Shown: positions 20,684 to 29,656 of the stretch, piece by piece
How the letters are laid out: every line of letters begins with the position of its first letter
Numbering within the stretch: position 1 is the stretch's first letter
Assembly: GCA_031459875.1 (NCBI GenBank)
Contig: JAVKHQ010000011.1
Location: 1 to 64,000 of the forward strand
Source of the DNA: Candidatus Fervidifonticultor sextus
Lineage (GTDB): Bacteria > Sysuimicrobiota > Sysuimicrobiia > Sysuimicrobiales > Humicultoraceae
Reading direction: 5' to 3'
DNA: 64,000 nucleotides
Position numbers and translations under genes: made by a program
The notes under the pieces: model-generated
Databases searched by the model: none
Told to the model about the DNA's origin: nothing
What the model saw: the letters and a program-made list of their open reading frames with translations, nothing else

Positions 20684-22591
20684 TCAGTCCCCGGGCGACT
20701 CCATGGCGTCTGCCGGACCGCGACCTCCCAATCCGTCCGGCGAGAGGCCGCCGCTGCGCCAGATGGTGAGCTGGATCTCCAGTGGCGACATGGTCTCGAT
20801 CAGCCGGAGCAGCGCGTCCACCACGGCGGGGTCCAGGGCACTCCCTGCCATCCGCTTGAGCTCGACCTTGGCCTCCTCGAGGGTCTTGCGCGGGCGGTAG
20901 GCGCGGTCGGACAGCATAGCCTCGAAGGCATCCGCCACCCGGATGATGCGCGACCCCAGCGGGATCTCGTGACCGGCCAGGCCGTCGGGATACCCGCTCC
21001 CGTCGAAGGATTCCTGGTGGTACAGGATGAGATCGACCAGGTGGGAGAAGGGCCTGGCGTCCTGCAGCATCGCTGCGCCCCGCTCGGGGTGCTTCCTGAC
21101 GACATGCCACTCCTCGCGCGAGAGCGGCCCGGGTTTCTTGAGGATGGACTCCGGCACGGCCAGTTTGCCCAAATCGTGGAGGAGGGCGGCCAGTTTGATC
21201 CGCTCGATCTCGTGCGCCGGGAGGTTGAGTTCCGTCGCGATGGCGACCGCGGTGCCAGCCACCCGCTGGCAGTGGGCCACGGTCTCGGGGTCCTTGGCCT
21301 CGAGGGCCGCGGTGAGGACCTTCACGCTGCTGTGGAGGAGGGTCCGGAGTTCCTCCTGGAGCTGCGCGTCTTTCCCCCATGCCTCCCAGCTATCGACCAT
21401 GGTGCGCGCGGGCGGCGGTCGGAAGACATCGACCCCCGGGGGAGGTGCGCCGGTCCAGGGGCCGATGAGCGCAGGCCCTTCGGTCGGCTCCGCATCGGGG
21501 AGGGCCTGCACGGGCTCCGGCATGGGGTCCCGGAAGACCACCCGGTTCTTCCCCTGCTTCTTGGCTTCCAGGAGGGCCGCGTCGGCGTGTTCGAGCAGGA
21601 GGTGCGCCGAGAGGCGCCCGTGCTCCTTGAACCGATAGGTGGAGGCCCCCAGGCTGACCGAGATCCGGAAGGAGCCTTCAGCGGTGGGGATCTCGGTCTC
21701 CTCGATGGTCCGCCGCAGCCACTCGGCCCGCTCCAGCAGCGCCTGGCGGTCTGAGCCCGGCAGCAGCCACACGAACTCCTCGCCCCCGTAACGGCAGACG
21801 GCCTCGTCCCCGCGGCGGCCGTCGACCAGCACCTTGGCGATCTGGCGCAACACGTCGTCGCCGACCTGGTGACCGTAGCGGTCATTGATGGTCTTGAACC
21901 AGTCGATGTCCAGGATGAGGCACGAGAGGGGCTGGTAACTGCGCATCGCGCGTTCCATCTCCAGGTGCAGGCGGTCGATGAAGGCGCGGCGGTTGAGGAG
22001 GCTGGTCAGCGGGTCGCTGGCCGCCAGTTCTTCGAGGAAGGCGACCCGGCGACGCAGCAGGTCCTCACGGGTCTTCACCCTCAGGACGGCCCGAATCCGG
22101 GCGGTCAACTCCGGGACGCCGACCGGGTTCCTGACGAAACAGTCGGCGGCGCCTTCTTCCAGGATGCGTACCCGGGCGTGCACGTCGTCCGTGGCGCTCA
22201 AGACGATGACCGGAATCGAATGCGTCGCCGAGTCCTTCTTGAGGGCGCGGAGGGCCCTAAGGCCGTGGAGGTCGGGCACGGACTGGTCCAGCAGGATGAG
22301 GTCGGGCGCCAGCGCCCGGGCGTGCTCCATCAGCCCACGCCCGGAATCCAGGGTGTGCACCTGGGCACCCAGCGCCTCGAGGCGGCGCTGGAGGCCCCAC
22401 CCGCTGTGCTCGGCCGCCACCATCAGGATCCGCGCCGGGCGCGAGCCCGCCTCAAGCTTGGTCGGCGAGGCAAACGCCAGCCCCCGAGGTGGCGGCCCAT
22501 CCTCGTTGGTCAAGTACGGGCTCCTGACCGCTCGCATCCTCCACTCGACGCGCCGGTTCCTGCGGGAAGACTCACCGGGATTCTTCCCCAC
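20684..22591 (-). CDS. Receiver-GGDEF-HD-GYP c-di-GMP signalling protein
   Basis: PDLILLD receiver; DPLTSLLNRR, DIDWFK, RYGGEEF; LLHDLGK, DGSGYPDGL; start uncertain. Confidence 0.9.
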   Translation of the reverse strand: MGKNPGESSRRNRRVEWRMRAVRSPYLTNEDGPPPRGLAFASPTKLEAGSRPARILMVAAEHSGWGLQRRLEALGAQVHTLDSGRGLMEHARALAPDLILLDQSVPDLHGLRALRALKKDSATHSIPVIVLSATDDVHARVRILEEGAADCFVRNPVGVPELTARIRAVLRVKTREDLLRRRVAFLEELAASDPLTSLLNRRAFIDRLHLEMERAMRSYQPLSCLILDIDWFKTINDRYGHQVGDDVLRQIAKVLVDGRRGDEAVCRYGGEEFVWLLPGSDRQALLERAEWLRRTIEETEIPTAEGSFRISVSLGASTYRFKEHGRLSAHLLLEHADAALLEAKKQGKNRVVFRDPMPEPVQALPDAEPTEGPALIGPWTGAPPPGVDVFRPPPARTMVDSWEAWGKDAQLQEELRTLLHSSVKVLTAALEAKDPETVAHCQRVAGTAVAIATELNLPAHEIERIKLAALLHDLGKLAVPESILKKPGPLSREEWHVVRKHPERGAAMLQDARPFSHLVDLILYHQESFDGSGYPDGLAGHEIPLGSRIIRVADAFEAMLSDRAYRPRKTLEEAKVELKRMAGSALDPAVVDALLRLIETMSPLEIQLTIWRSGGLSPDGLGGRGPADAMESPGD

Positions 22592-22684
22592 GCGTCGAGG
22601 GATTAGTCCGCCCGCCGGCGCGGCGTGCTGATCCGGCAGGCAGCCGGGAGGATCGCGGGGGCCCCTGGGAGGAGGCCTATGGCC

Positions 22685-25111
22685 CTACGCGCCGTAGGGC
22701 ACCCAGATGTTTTTGACCTGGACGGCGTGGCGGAGGACCTCCTCGCCGTCCAGCCACGGCCCCGTCCAGTCGAGGCGGCGGCCGTAGCTCACCCAGGTCC
22801 GCTTCATGTTCGTCGCCGACTCGAACTCTACCATCTGGCTGCCCTCGGCGGACCCGAAGTACCACAGGGCGTCCACGTCGTCGTGCTGGGCCAGTACCTT
22901 CGCCAGGTCGTCACGGCCCCCCGTCACGATGTTCACCACGCCGCCGGGAAGATCGGAGGTGTCGAACACCTGATAGAGGTCGGTGGCCGCCAGGGGGTGC
23001 GCCTCCGAGGGGACCACGACGACCGTGTTGCCCATCGCCACCGCCGGGGCGACCAGGGAGACGAACCCGAGCAGAGGGTACTCGTCGGGACAGGCGATGC
23101 CGATCACGCCAACCGGTTCGTGGATCGCGATGGTCAGGTCCCGATGCGCGACGTTAACGCTGTGGACGAGGCCGTCGTACTTGTCCGCCCAGGCCGCGTG
23201 AGTGAACAGGCGGCCGATCGCGCCCCGGACCTCCTGACCGGCGTCATCGACCGAGCGGCCGGTCATCGTGGCGATCCGCCGGGCGAATTCCGCCGATCGC
23301 GTCTCCAGGTTCTCGGCGATGTAGTACAGGACCTGGGCGCGCGTGTGGGCGGTCGCCTGCGCCCACGCGGCGGCGGCATGCGCGGCCTCGACGGCGTTGC
23401 GGATGTCCTTGCGGGCGCCTTCGGCCACCTCGCCCAGCAGCCGCCCGTCAGGATCGTAGACCAGGCGGGCGTAGCCCTGGTCGGGACGCACCTGCTGGCC
23501 GCCGATGTACAGCTTGGGCGAGCGGTCGATGGACTGGCGCTCATCGGCGGCGGATGCGCGGTGGAGGCCGGCGTAATCGGGCACGGAGAACACGCGGGCC
23601 GCCCCGGCCTCGGGCCGCCCCGGGGCCGCGTCCGGTAACACCGGCTCGACGAGCGGCTTCAGGTACTCGACCATGCCCTCCCGGCCGCCCTCGCGGCCGA
23701 ACCCACTCTCCCGGTACCCGCCGAAGCCCGACGCCCCGTCGAACAGGTTCGTGCAGTTGACCCAGACCGTGCCGGCCTTGACCTGCCGCGCCACATCCAG
23801 CGCCAGGTTGATGTCCTCGCTCCAGACGCTGGCGGCCAGTCCGTAGCGCGTGTTGTTGGCCAGCGCGACGGCCTCGGCCGGCGTGCGGAAGGTCATGCTG
23901 ACCAGCACCGGTCCGAAGATCTCCTCCTGGGCGATGACCGACGAGGGTGCCACATCCGTGAAGAGGGTGGGGGGAAAGAAGAAGCCGTCCTGGGGGCAGG
24001 CCCACGAGGGCTGCCACATCTTCGCACCTTCCTGAATTCCGACCTCGCACAGCCGCCGGATCCTCTGGAGTTGGACCGGCGCGATGATGGCGCCGATGTC
24101 GATCGCCTTGTCCAACGGGTCCCCCACCCGCAGCGTCTCCATGCGCGCCCGCACCTTGGCGATGAGGCGGTCGGCGATGCTCTCCTGGACCAGCAGGCGC
24201 GAGCCGGCGCAGCAGACCTGCCCCTGGTTGAACCAGATGGCGTCGACGACCCCTTCGACCACGCTGTCCAGGTCCGCGTCGTCGAACACGATGAAGGGGG
24301 ACTTGCCCCCCAACTCCAGCGAGAGCCGCTTGCCCGTCCCGGCCGTCGCCCGGCGGATGATCCGGCCGACCTCGGTGGAGCCGGTAAAGGCGATCTTGGC
24401 GACCCCGGGGTGCCGGACGATCAACTCGCCCACCCTGCCGTCGCCCGTCACGATGTTCACCACGCCCGGCGGCAGGCCAATCTCCTGCAGGAGTTCGCAG
24501 AACGCCATGGCGGTCACCGAGGTGAACTCCGCGGGCTTGAGGACTACCGTGTTCCCTGCCGCCAGCGCGGGCGCGACCTTCCAGGCCAGCATCAGCAGCG
24601 GGAAGTTCCAGGGGATGATCTGGCCGACGACGCCCACCGGCCCGTAGCCGGGAAACGCCTGTTCTGCCAGCTGCGCCCAGCCGGCGTGGTGGTAGAAGTG
24701 CCTGGCCACCAGGGGGATGTCGATGTCGCGCGTCTCGCGGATGGGCTTGCCGTTGTCCAGCGACTCCAGGACCGCAAGCAGGCGCGAGTGCTTCTGCACC
24801 TGGCGCGCGATCGCATACAGGTAGCGGGCCCGGACGTGGCCCGGCGTGCGGCGCCACGTCTCGAATGCCGCGGCGGCAGCCGCGACGGCCGCGTCCACGT
24901 CCTGGGGGGCGGCCTCCGCAATCTGAGCCAGGGGCCTGCCCGTGGCCGGGTTCAGCGTGTCGAAGAAGACGCCGTGCGCCGGCTCCACCCACCGGCCGTT
25001 GATGAAGAGCCGGAAGCGGCGGCCGTGGGCGTCAAGCCACGCCAGCGCCGGCCCCGCGGCCTCTGGCGCAGGACCATACTCCATCGTCTTGAGAATTTCG
25101 GCCACGCCCAT
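22685..25111 (-). CDS. Aldehyde dehydrogenase with a second, partial ALDH domain
   Basis: IPWNFP, FTGSTEVG, LELGGKSP, GQVCCAGSR, EEIFGPV, followed by a second NAD-binding-like domain. Confidence 0.93.
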   Translation of the reverse strand: MGVAEILKTMEYGPAPEAAGPALAWLDAHGRRFRLFINGRWVEPAHGVFFDTLNPATGRPLAQIAEAAPQDVDAAVAAAAAAFETWRRTPGHVRARYLYAIARQVQKHSRLLAVLESLDNGKPIRETRDIDIPLVARHFYHHAGWAQLAEQAFPGYGPVGVVGQIIPWNFPLLMLAWKVAPALAAGNTVVLKPAEFTSVTAMAFCELLQEIGLPPGVVNIVTGDGRVGELIVRHPGVAKIAFTGSTEVGRIIRRATAGTGKRLSLELGGKSPFIVFDDADLDSVVEGVVDAIWFNQGQVCCAGSRLLVQESIADRLIAKVRARMETLRVGDPLDKAIDIGAIIAPVQLQRIRRLCEVGIQEGAKMWQPSWACPQDGFFFPPTLFTDVAPSSVIAQEEIFGPVLVSMTFRTPAEAVALANNTRYGLAASVWSEDINLALDVARQVKAGTVWVNCTNLFDGASGFGGYRESGFGREGGREGMVEYLKPLVEPVLPDAAPGRPEAGAARVFSVPDYAGLHRASAADERQSIDRSPKLYIGGQQVRPDQGYARLVYDPDGRLLGEVAEGARKDIRNAVEAAHAAAAWAQATAHTRAQVLYYIAENLETRSAEFARRIATMTGRSVDDAGQEVRGAIGRLFTHAAWADKYDGLVHSVNVAHRDLTIAIHEPVGVIGIACPDEYPLLGFVSLVAPAVAMGNTVVVVPSEAHPLAATDLYQVFDTSDLPGGVVNIVTGGRDDLAKVLAQHDDVDALWYFGSAEGSQMVEFESATNMKRTWVSYGRRLDWTGPWLDGEEVLRHAVQVKNIWVPYGA

Positions 25112-25135
25112 AGGTGCTCCCCGAAGGTCCGACGT

Positions 25136-26119
25136 CTACGGCATCGGCTGGTGATGGGCCGCCGCGTAGTGTCCGGTCAGCGTGTGCGACAACTGCCGCT
25201 CGATGTCGGTCAGCAGGGTACTGGCGCCGATGCGGAACCGCTCGGGCCGCAGCCAGTCTGCGCCCAGTTCTTCCTTGACGAGCAGCATCCAGTCCAGGGC
25301 CTGTTTGGCCGCCCGGATGCCGCCGGCCGGTTTCAGCCCGACCCGGTAGCCCGTGGCCTCGGCGTACTCGCGGATCGCCCGGGCCATCACCAGGCCGAAA
25401 GGCATCGTGGCGTTGACGGCCTCCTTCCCGGTGGAGGTCTTGATGAAATCCGCACCGGCCATCATGCAGACCCAACTCGCGGCCGCCACATGGCGCAGCG
25501 TGCCGAGTTCCCCGCAGGCCAGGATGGCCTTGAGGGATGCCTGGCCACAGGCCTCGCGGAAGGTGCGCACCTCATCGTAGAGGGCCATCCAGTCGCCGGT
25601 GAGCACGTGCGCGCGGGAGATCACGATGTCGATCTCTGCAGCCCCGGCCGCCACCGACTCCCTGATCTCCTCGACCTTGAGACGGAACGGCGTCTGACCC
25701 GCTGGAAAGCCCGCGGAGACCGCGGCCACGGGAATGCCCGACCCACGCAGGGCGTCGACGGCGGATGGCACCATGGCGTGGTAGACGCAGAGGGCCGCGA
25801 CTCGCACCTGGCCCGGATCGAGCCCGTAGCCCCGGAGGACTTCGGGCCGCACCGGCTGCCGGGCTTTGGCCGCGAGCCGGCGCACCGTGCCCGGCGTGTC
25901 GTCGCCGGCCAGCGTCGTCAGGTCGAGACACTGGACCGCGCGGATCAGCCAGGCCGCCTGCCACTCCCGCTTGACCGTGCGCCGGGTGGGAAGGGTCGCC
26001 GCCCGGCGCTCGACGGCGCTGCGGTTAACGCGGAGGTCGCGGATCCGGCCGGGATCGAAGGGGATCCCTGGGTTGCGGACGTCCACCCTCGGCTCAATTC
26101 GGGGCGTCAGGATGGCCAT
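25136..26119 (-). CDS. deoC: Deoxyribose-phosphate aldolase (long type)
   Basis: LDLTTL, AGFPAG, EIDIVI, GADFIKTSTGK, KPAGGI, RIGAS. Confidence 0.95.
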   Translation of the reverse strand: MAILTPRIEPRVDVRNPGIPFDPGRIRDLRVNRSAVERRAATLPTRRTVKREWQAAWLIRAVQCLDLTTLAGDDTPGTVRRLAAKARQPVRPEVLRGYGLDPGQVRVAALCVYHAMVPSAVDALRGSGIPVAAVSAGFPAGQTPFRLKVEEIRESVAAGAAEIDIVISRAHVLTGDWMALYDEVRTFREACGQASLKAILACGELGTLRHVAAASWVCMMAGADFIKTSTGKEAVNATMPFGLVMARAIREYAEATGYRVGLKPAGGIRAAKQALDWMLLVKEELGADWLRPERFRIGASTLLTDIERQLSHTLTGHYAAAHHQPMP

Positions 26120-26288
26120 ACACGCATAGTATCGCGGGGAATCCGCCGCCCCGCAACTGGCCCGGCAGGGGTCCAGCAGGGATTGGCAGGCCAGGCGTCG
26201 AGGGGCTTCCTCCCACGACGCCATCAGGCCCCGGCGAGCGTCTCCTTCCGCAGGCGAGGCCTCCGCCCCGGAGTGCCCTCAGATGCTC

Positions 26289-26705
26289 CTACACGCCGCG
26301 CACGGTGAGACCGCGCGACACCGCCGCGGTGGCCTGACGGTCGTCGTGGGTCCAGAACTCCAGCGGTTCCCCGGGCGCCTCCGCAGCGAGCATCTCCGCG
26401 GTCGCGACATGGATCGCGTCCATCGCGCGGGCGATCACCGCGAACGAGCTCTTCGCCCCTGCGATGACGCGTTCGTCGACCAGCGCGAGATCCATCATGG
26501 AGAGCAGATCGATCAACTCCTTACGCTTGACCGCCGTTTCCACATCGTCGAGGCGGCCCATCAACCGCTCGCGGTCCACCGCTCGAAAGGTTTCCACTTC
26601 CACGACTTGGGAGGAGACAATCCGGTCGCCGGCATCGAGCGGGACGGTGGGTCCCGGCTCAAAGAAGAGCACACGCAGGACGGCGCTAGCGTCGACGTAC
26701 TTCAC
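26289..26705 (-). CDS. PIN-domain (VapC-like) toxin
   Basis: YVDASAVLR, VEVE, RAMDAIHVATA, WTHDDRQ acidic PIN residues; overlaps the antitoxin 3' end. Confidence 0.88.
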   Translation of the reverse strand: MKYVDASAVLRVLFFEPGPTVPLDAGDRIVSSQVVEVETFRAVDRERLMGRLDDVETAVKRKELIDLLSMMDLALVDERVIAGAKSSFAVIARAMDAIHVATAEMLAAEAPGEPLEFWTHDDRQATAAVSRGLTVRGV

Positions 26706-26976
26706 TGGGATCCTCGCGGACCGCATCGAGCGATGCCTGGATGTCCACGCGCCGGCCGAGCCTGGAGATCTTGAGGGCGCTCCAGTTCTGGGTTCCCGGC
26801 CGAAGCCGCCCCGCCCGTGCCAGACGTTCGTGCCACGACAGCACGGCGTCCGGCGGCGGGCCAATCTCTGCGACTGGCTCGTCCCTGTCCCTCACGATGA
26901 TCCGGGATCCACGCGAAGCCATGCGGAGATACTTGCTGAGACGAGCTTTGAGTTCGCTCACGTTGACGTCCTTCAT
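26686..26976 (-). CDS. Phd/YefM family antitoxin
   Basis: MKDVNVSELKARLSKYLR..SRG.RIIVRDRDEPVAEI. Confidence 0.88.
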   Translation of the reverse strand: MKDVNVSELKARLSKYLRMASRGSRIIVRDRDEPVAEIGPPPDAVLSWHERLARAGRLRPGTQNWSALKISRLGRRVDIQASLDAVREDPSEVRRR

Positions 26977-27011
26977 GGCCGTATCATAAGGCCATGAAGG
27001 TCTCAATGCAA
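26970..27011 (-). promoter_or_regulatory. TA operon promoter with 11-bp inverted-repeat operator
   Basis: Minus strand TTGCAT-17 nt-TATGAT; CCTTCATGGCC-N9-GGCCATGAAGG brackets the -10 box and covers the start codon. Confidence 0.75.
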
Positions 27012-27114
27012 CGGTCTTTCCTTCGCGGCGCCGCGAAGGGCCGTTCGGTCCCTTCGGCCGTCCTCCGGCCTCCCCCGGCAGCATGGGAGGAGGGCTTGGA
27101 CACGACCTCGGGTC

Positions 27115-27189
27115 TGGTGGGCGAGGAGGGTGTCGAACCCCCGACCTCCTCCGTGTAAAGGAGGCGCTCTCCCGCTGAGCTACTCGCCC
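27115..27189 (-). tRNA. tRNA-Val (TAC)
   Basis: Reverse complement GGGCGAG...CCTCC-TTTACAC-GGAGG...TTCGACA...CTCGCCCACCA. Confidence 0.96.
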
Positions 27190-27194
27190 GCGTC

Positions 27195-27203
27195 AGTATA
27201 GCA
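27195..27203 (-). promoter_or_regulatory. Extended -10 promoter for tRNA-Val
   Basis: TGCTATACT on the minus strand, 5 nt upstream of the tRNA. Confidence 0.7.
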
Positions 27204-27495
27204 TGGGTCTCTCCGGGCGGGAGCAGGGCCTGTCTTGGGCAGGGTCATCCCCTGCGAATTTCCTGTGGAAAAGATGCGGTCCCGTGCGTGCGTGGCCAAA
27301 GTCTGACTGAATAATATATTTCTAAATAACTTTAATCCGAGAATCCGGCGGCAGACCGCAATGCGCACTTTTTCGACCAAACCGAAGGGAAAATACCGGC
27401 GGCGCGCGAATTTTGGCTTTTTGAACCCAATGGCCAGGGGCGATTCCGGGAGGAGGCCTTCCCCGGGACGAGACCAGCCGGCCGAGGTGACGCCC

Positions 27496-28233
27496 TTGAA
27501 GAAGACGAATCCGGCGCAGGCTGACCTGTTGGTGCGCCTCATGGAACTGGCCGATGCCCCCCATAACCTGGAGGCCATGCAGTATGTGGTCTTCCAGTTC
27601 GATTTCAAGGACTACGAGCAGTTCATCATTGAGTGTCCGCCCGGCAGCATCCGGTTCAACAACGTGTTGCGGGTGGCGGTCTTCTGCGACAACCTCGGGT
27701 ACCTCGTCGAGACCGAGGCGGTGGATCGCGAGGCGGTCTACGAACTCTTCCCGATCCCGTGGGCGAAGGTCGAGCCGATCATCCAGGGGATGCGCCGCGA
27801 ACTGGACTGGCCCGATGCCTTCGACTACTTCGAGCGCCTCGGGCGCGACTACATGAAGTGGTGGGAGGCCAAGCGCAAGCGGATCAAACCGCTTCCACCG
27901 CTGCCCCAGACTTCCAGTACGCCGCGCGCCCTGACCGTGGCCCGGACGCGGGCGCCCCTGCCCGTCAGGCCTCCGGTGCCGCCCCGGCCGGCCGCATCGC
28001 CGGCGGCGGCGCCCGCGGCCAGGACGGCCTCGCCCGCCACACCCGCCGCCAAGCCTCCCCTGAGGGTCCTGGCCAAGCCTCCGCTGCAGCTGGCCAGGAA
28101 GCCGGTGAAGGTGCTCAAGACCAGGGCCGGGAGCCGACCTGCGGCAAAGGGCACGCCAAAGAGCAAGGCCAGGCCAAAGTCAGGAGCCCGGGCCGGGCCG
28201 AAGGCCAGGGCCACGTCGTCAAGGCGCCGATAG
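27496..28233 (+). CDS. Hypothetical protein: helical domain (DUF4760-like) plus Pro/Ala/Lys/Arg-rich basic tail
   Basis: Coding-like GC3 bias; SD GAGGTG before TTG at 27496; FCDNLGYLV...W.KVEPII..MR...FDYFERL pattern. Confidence 0.65.
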   Translation: MKKTNPAQADLLVRLMELADAPHNLEAMQYVVFQFDFKDYEQFIIECPPGSIRFNNVLRVAVFCDNLGYLVETEAVDREAVYELFPIPWAKVEPIIQGMRRELDWPDAFDYFERLGRDYMKWWEAKRKRIKPLPPLPQTSSTPRALTVARTRAPLPVRPPVPPRPAASPAAAPAARTASPATPAAKPPLRVLAKPPLQLARKPVKVLKTRAGSRPAAKGTPKSKARPKSGARAGPKARATSSRRR

Positions 28234-28422
28234 CGACCTTCGCGAGCCTGCGGGCACGCCGGCGCCCGCCGCGAGCGGTTTACGCGGAGGGGCGCTCCGC
28301 TTCGTCCCGCTCACGGAGACGCCGGCAGTCTCCTTATACAGGAGCGCAGGCGTCTGGTCCACCCCGGCGGCCTCGCATCGCCAGGGATGGCCGTGGACAG
28401 GCGCGAAGTGACGAAGGTCGGA

Positions 28423-29133
28423 ATGAGCGTCTCGCGTCTGTTCGAACTCCAGCAGATCGACCTCGCCCTGACGAGGGCCATCGCGCAGCGGCAGGCCCTC
28501 GACGATGGCAGCGGCGCGCAGGCGGCCGCCCGGGCTGCGGCCGAGTTCCTGGCCGGCCTGCAGCAGCAGATCGCGGAGGGTCAGGGCCGCCTGCGCACCC
28601 TGGACCTTGAGATCAAGTCGGTGGAGGCCAAGCGGACGAAGGTCGAGCGGGAACTCTACAGCGGGCGGATCGGCAATCCCAAGGAACTGGCCGCGATGCA
28701 GGAGGAGGTCGCGGCCCTGCGCCGGCGCCGGGGGACGCTGGAGGACGAGGTACTGGCATTGATGGAGCGCGCCGAGCACCTGGAGGCACAGGTCCGCGAG
28801 GCCCGGCGGCAACTGGAGGAGGCGGAGGCCGACCTGGCACGGAGGGTTGAGGCATTCCGCCAGGCCGCGGAGGCCTCGGATCGCGAGATCGCCGATTTCG
28901 CCGCCCGCCGCGAAGCGCTGGTCGCGGACCTCGACGAGGACCTGCTGCGGCGATACACGCGGCTGCGGGACCAGAAAGGAGGCATCGCGGTCGTCGCCGT
29001 GCGCCACGGTGTCTGCGGCGGATGCCATGTCGTGATCCCGCAGCGCCTCCTCAGCCGGCTCGAGCGTGATCCGGAGCTCCTGGCAGCCTGCGATGGCTGC
29101 GGGCGCCTGCTGGTGGTCCGGCCGGAAACGTGA
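28423..29133 (+). CDS. Coiled-coil protein with C4-type zinc ribbon (DUF164 / CT398-like)
   Basis: LFELQQID start, long coiled coil, CGGCH...CDGCGRLL. Confidence 0.88.
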   Translation: MSVSRLFELQQIDLALTRAIAQRQALDDGSGAQAAARAAAEFLAGLQQQIAEGQGRLRTLDLEIKSVEAKRTKVERELYSGRIGNPKELAAMQEEVAALRRRRGTLEDEVLALMERAEHLEAQVREARRQLEEAEADLARRVEAFRQAAEASDREIADFAARREALVADLDEDLLRRYTRLRDQKGGIAVVAVRHGVCGGCHVVIPQRLLSRLERDPELLAACDGCGRLLVVRPET

Positions 29134-29160
29134 GGACCGACAGGCTCTCCAGGATGGCCG

Positions 29161-29580
29161 ATGAAACTCCGCCTCTTCATTGATGGGGCCTCTCGGGGGA
29201 ATCCCGGCCCTGCCGGCATCGGTGTGGTCGTGCAGGATGCCCGCGGGCGCACCATCGCCGAGGTCAGAGAGTTCCTGGGCGAGGCCACGAACAACGTGGC
29301 CGAGTACCAGGCACTCCTGCGCGCATTGAGCGAGGCCGAAGCACGGGGGGCGGATGACCTGGAGATCTACGCCGACAGCGACCTGCTGGTCCGGCAGATC
29401 CAGGGGACCTATCGCGTCAGGCGCGCGCATCTGGTGCCCCTGCACGCCCGGGCCCTGCGGGCGCTGCAGGGGTTTCGCCGCTGGCAGATCGCCCACATCC
29501 CGCGCGAGAAGAACGCCGGCGCCGACGCCCTGGCCAACCGCGCCCTCGACGAATCCGAAGGGTCGGTCCGGCCACGCTGA
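29161..29580 (+). CDS. rnhA: Ribonuclease HI family protein
   Basis: IDGASRGNPGPAG, TNNVAEY, DSDLLVRQ, HIPREKNAGADALAN. Confidence 0.93.
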   Translation: MKLRLFIDGASRGNPGPAGIGVVVQDARGRTIAEVREFLGEATNNVAEYQALLRALSEAEARGADDLEIYADSDLLVRQIQGTYRVRRAHLVPLHARALRALQGFRRWQIAHIPREKNAGADALANRALDESEGSVRPR

Positions 29581-29621
29581 GCCTGGTCCACCCGCCCGGG
29601 GAAGCGAAGGCAGCCTGTACT

Positions 29622-29651
29622 TTGACCCGATGCGCGCGCGAATGATACCAT
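29622..29651 (+). promoter_or_regulatory. Promoter for rnpB
   Basis: TTGACC-18 nt-TACCAT with an extended TG, 5 nt before the RNA 5' end. Confidence 0.7.
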
Positions 29652-29656
29652 GAGGC

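Noticed and set aside
24071..26308. 745-aa plus-strand ORF, and similar long antisense ORFs such as 60802-63330, 54851-56806 and 9035-10666
   Set aside because: They mirror well-supported genes on the opposite strand; stop-codon scarcity in GC-rich DNA explains them.
26130..27115. att-site duplication of the tRNA-Val 3' end, or an integrase
   Set aside because: I found no repeat of the tRNA 3' sequence and no recombinase ORF in the window.
28234..28422. Several GC-rich hairpins in the intergenic region
   Set aside because: Short stems are expected at this GC content, and there is no U-tract or recognisable RNA family motif.
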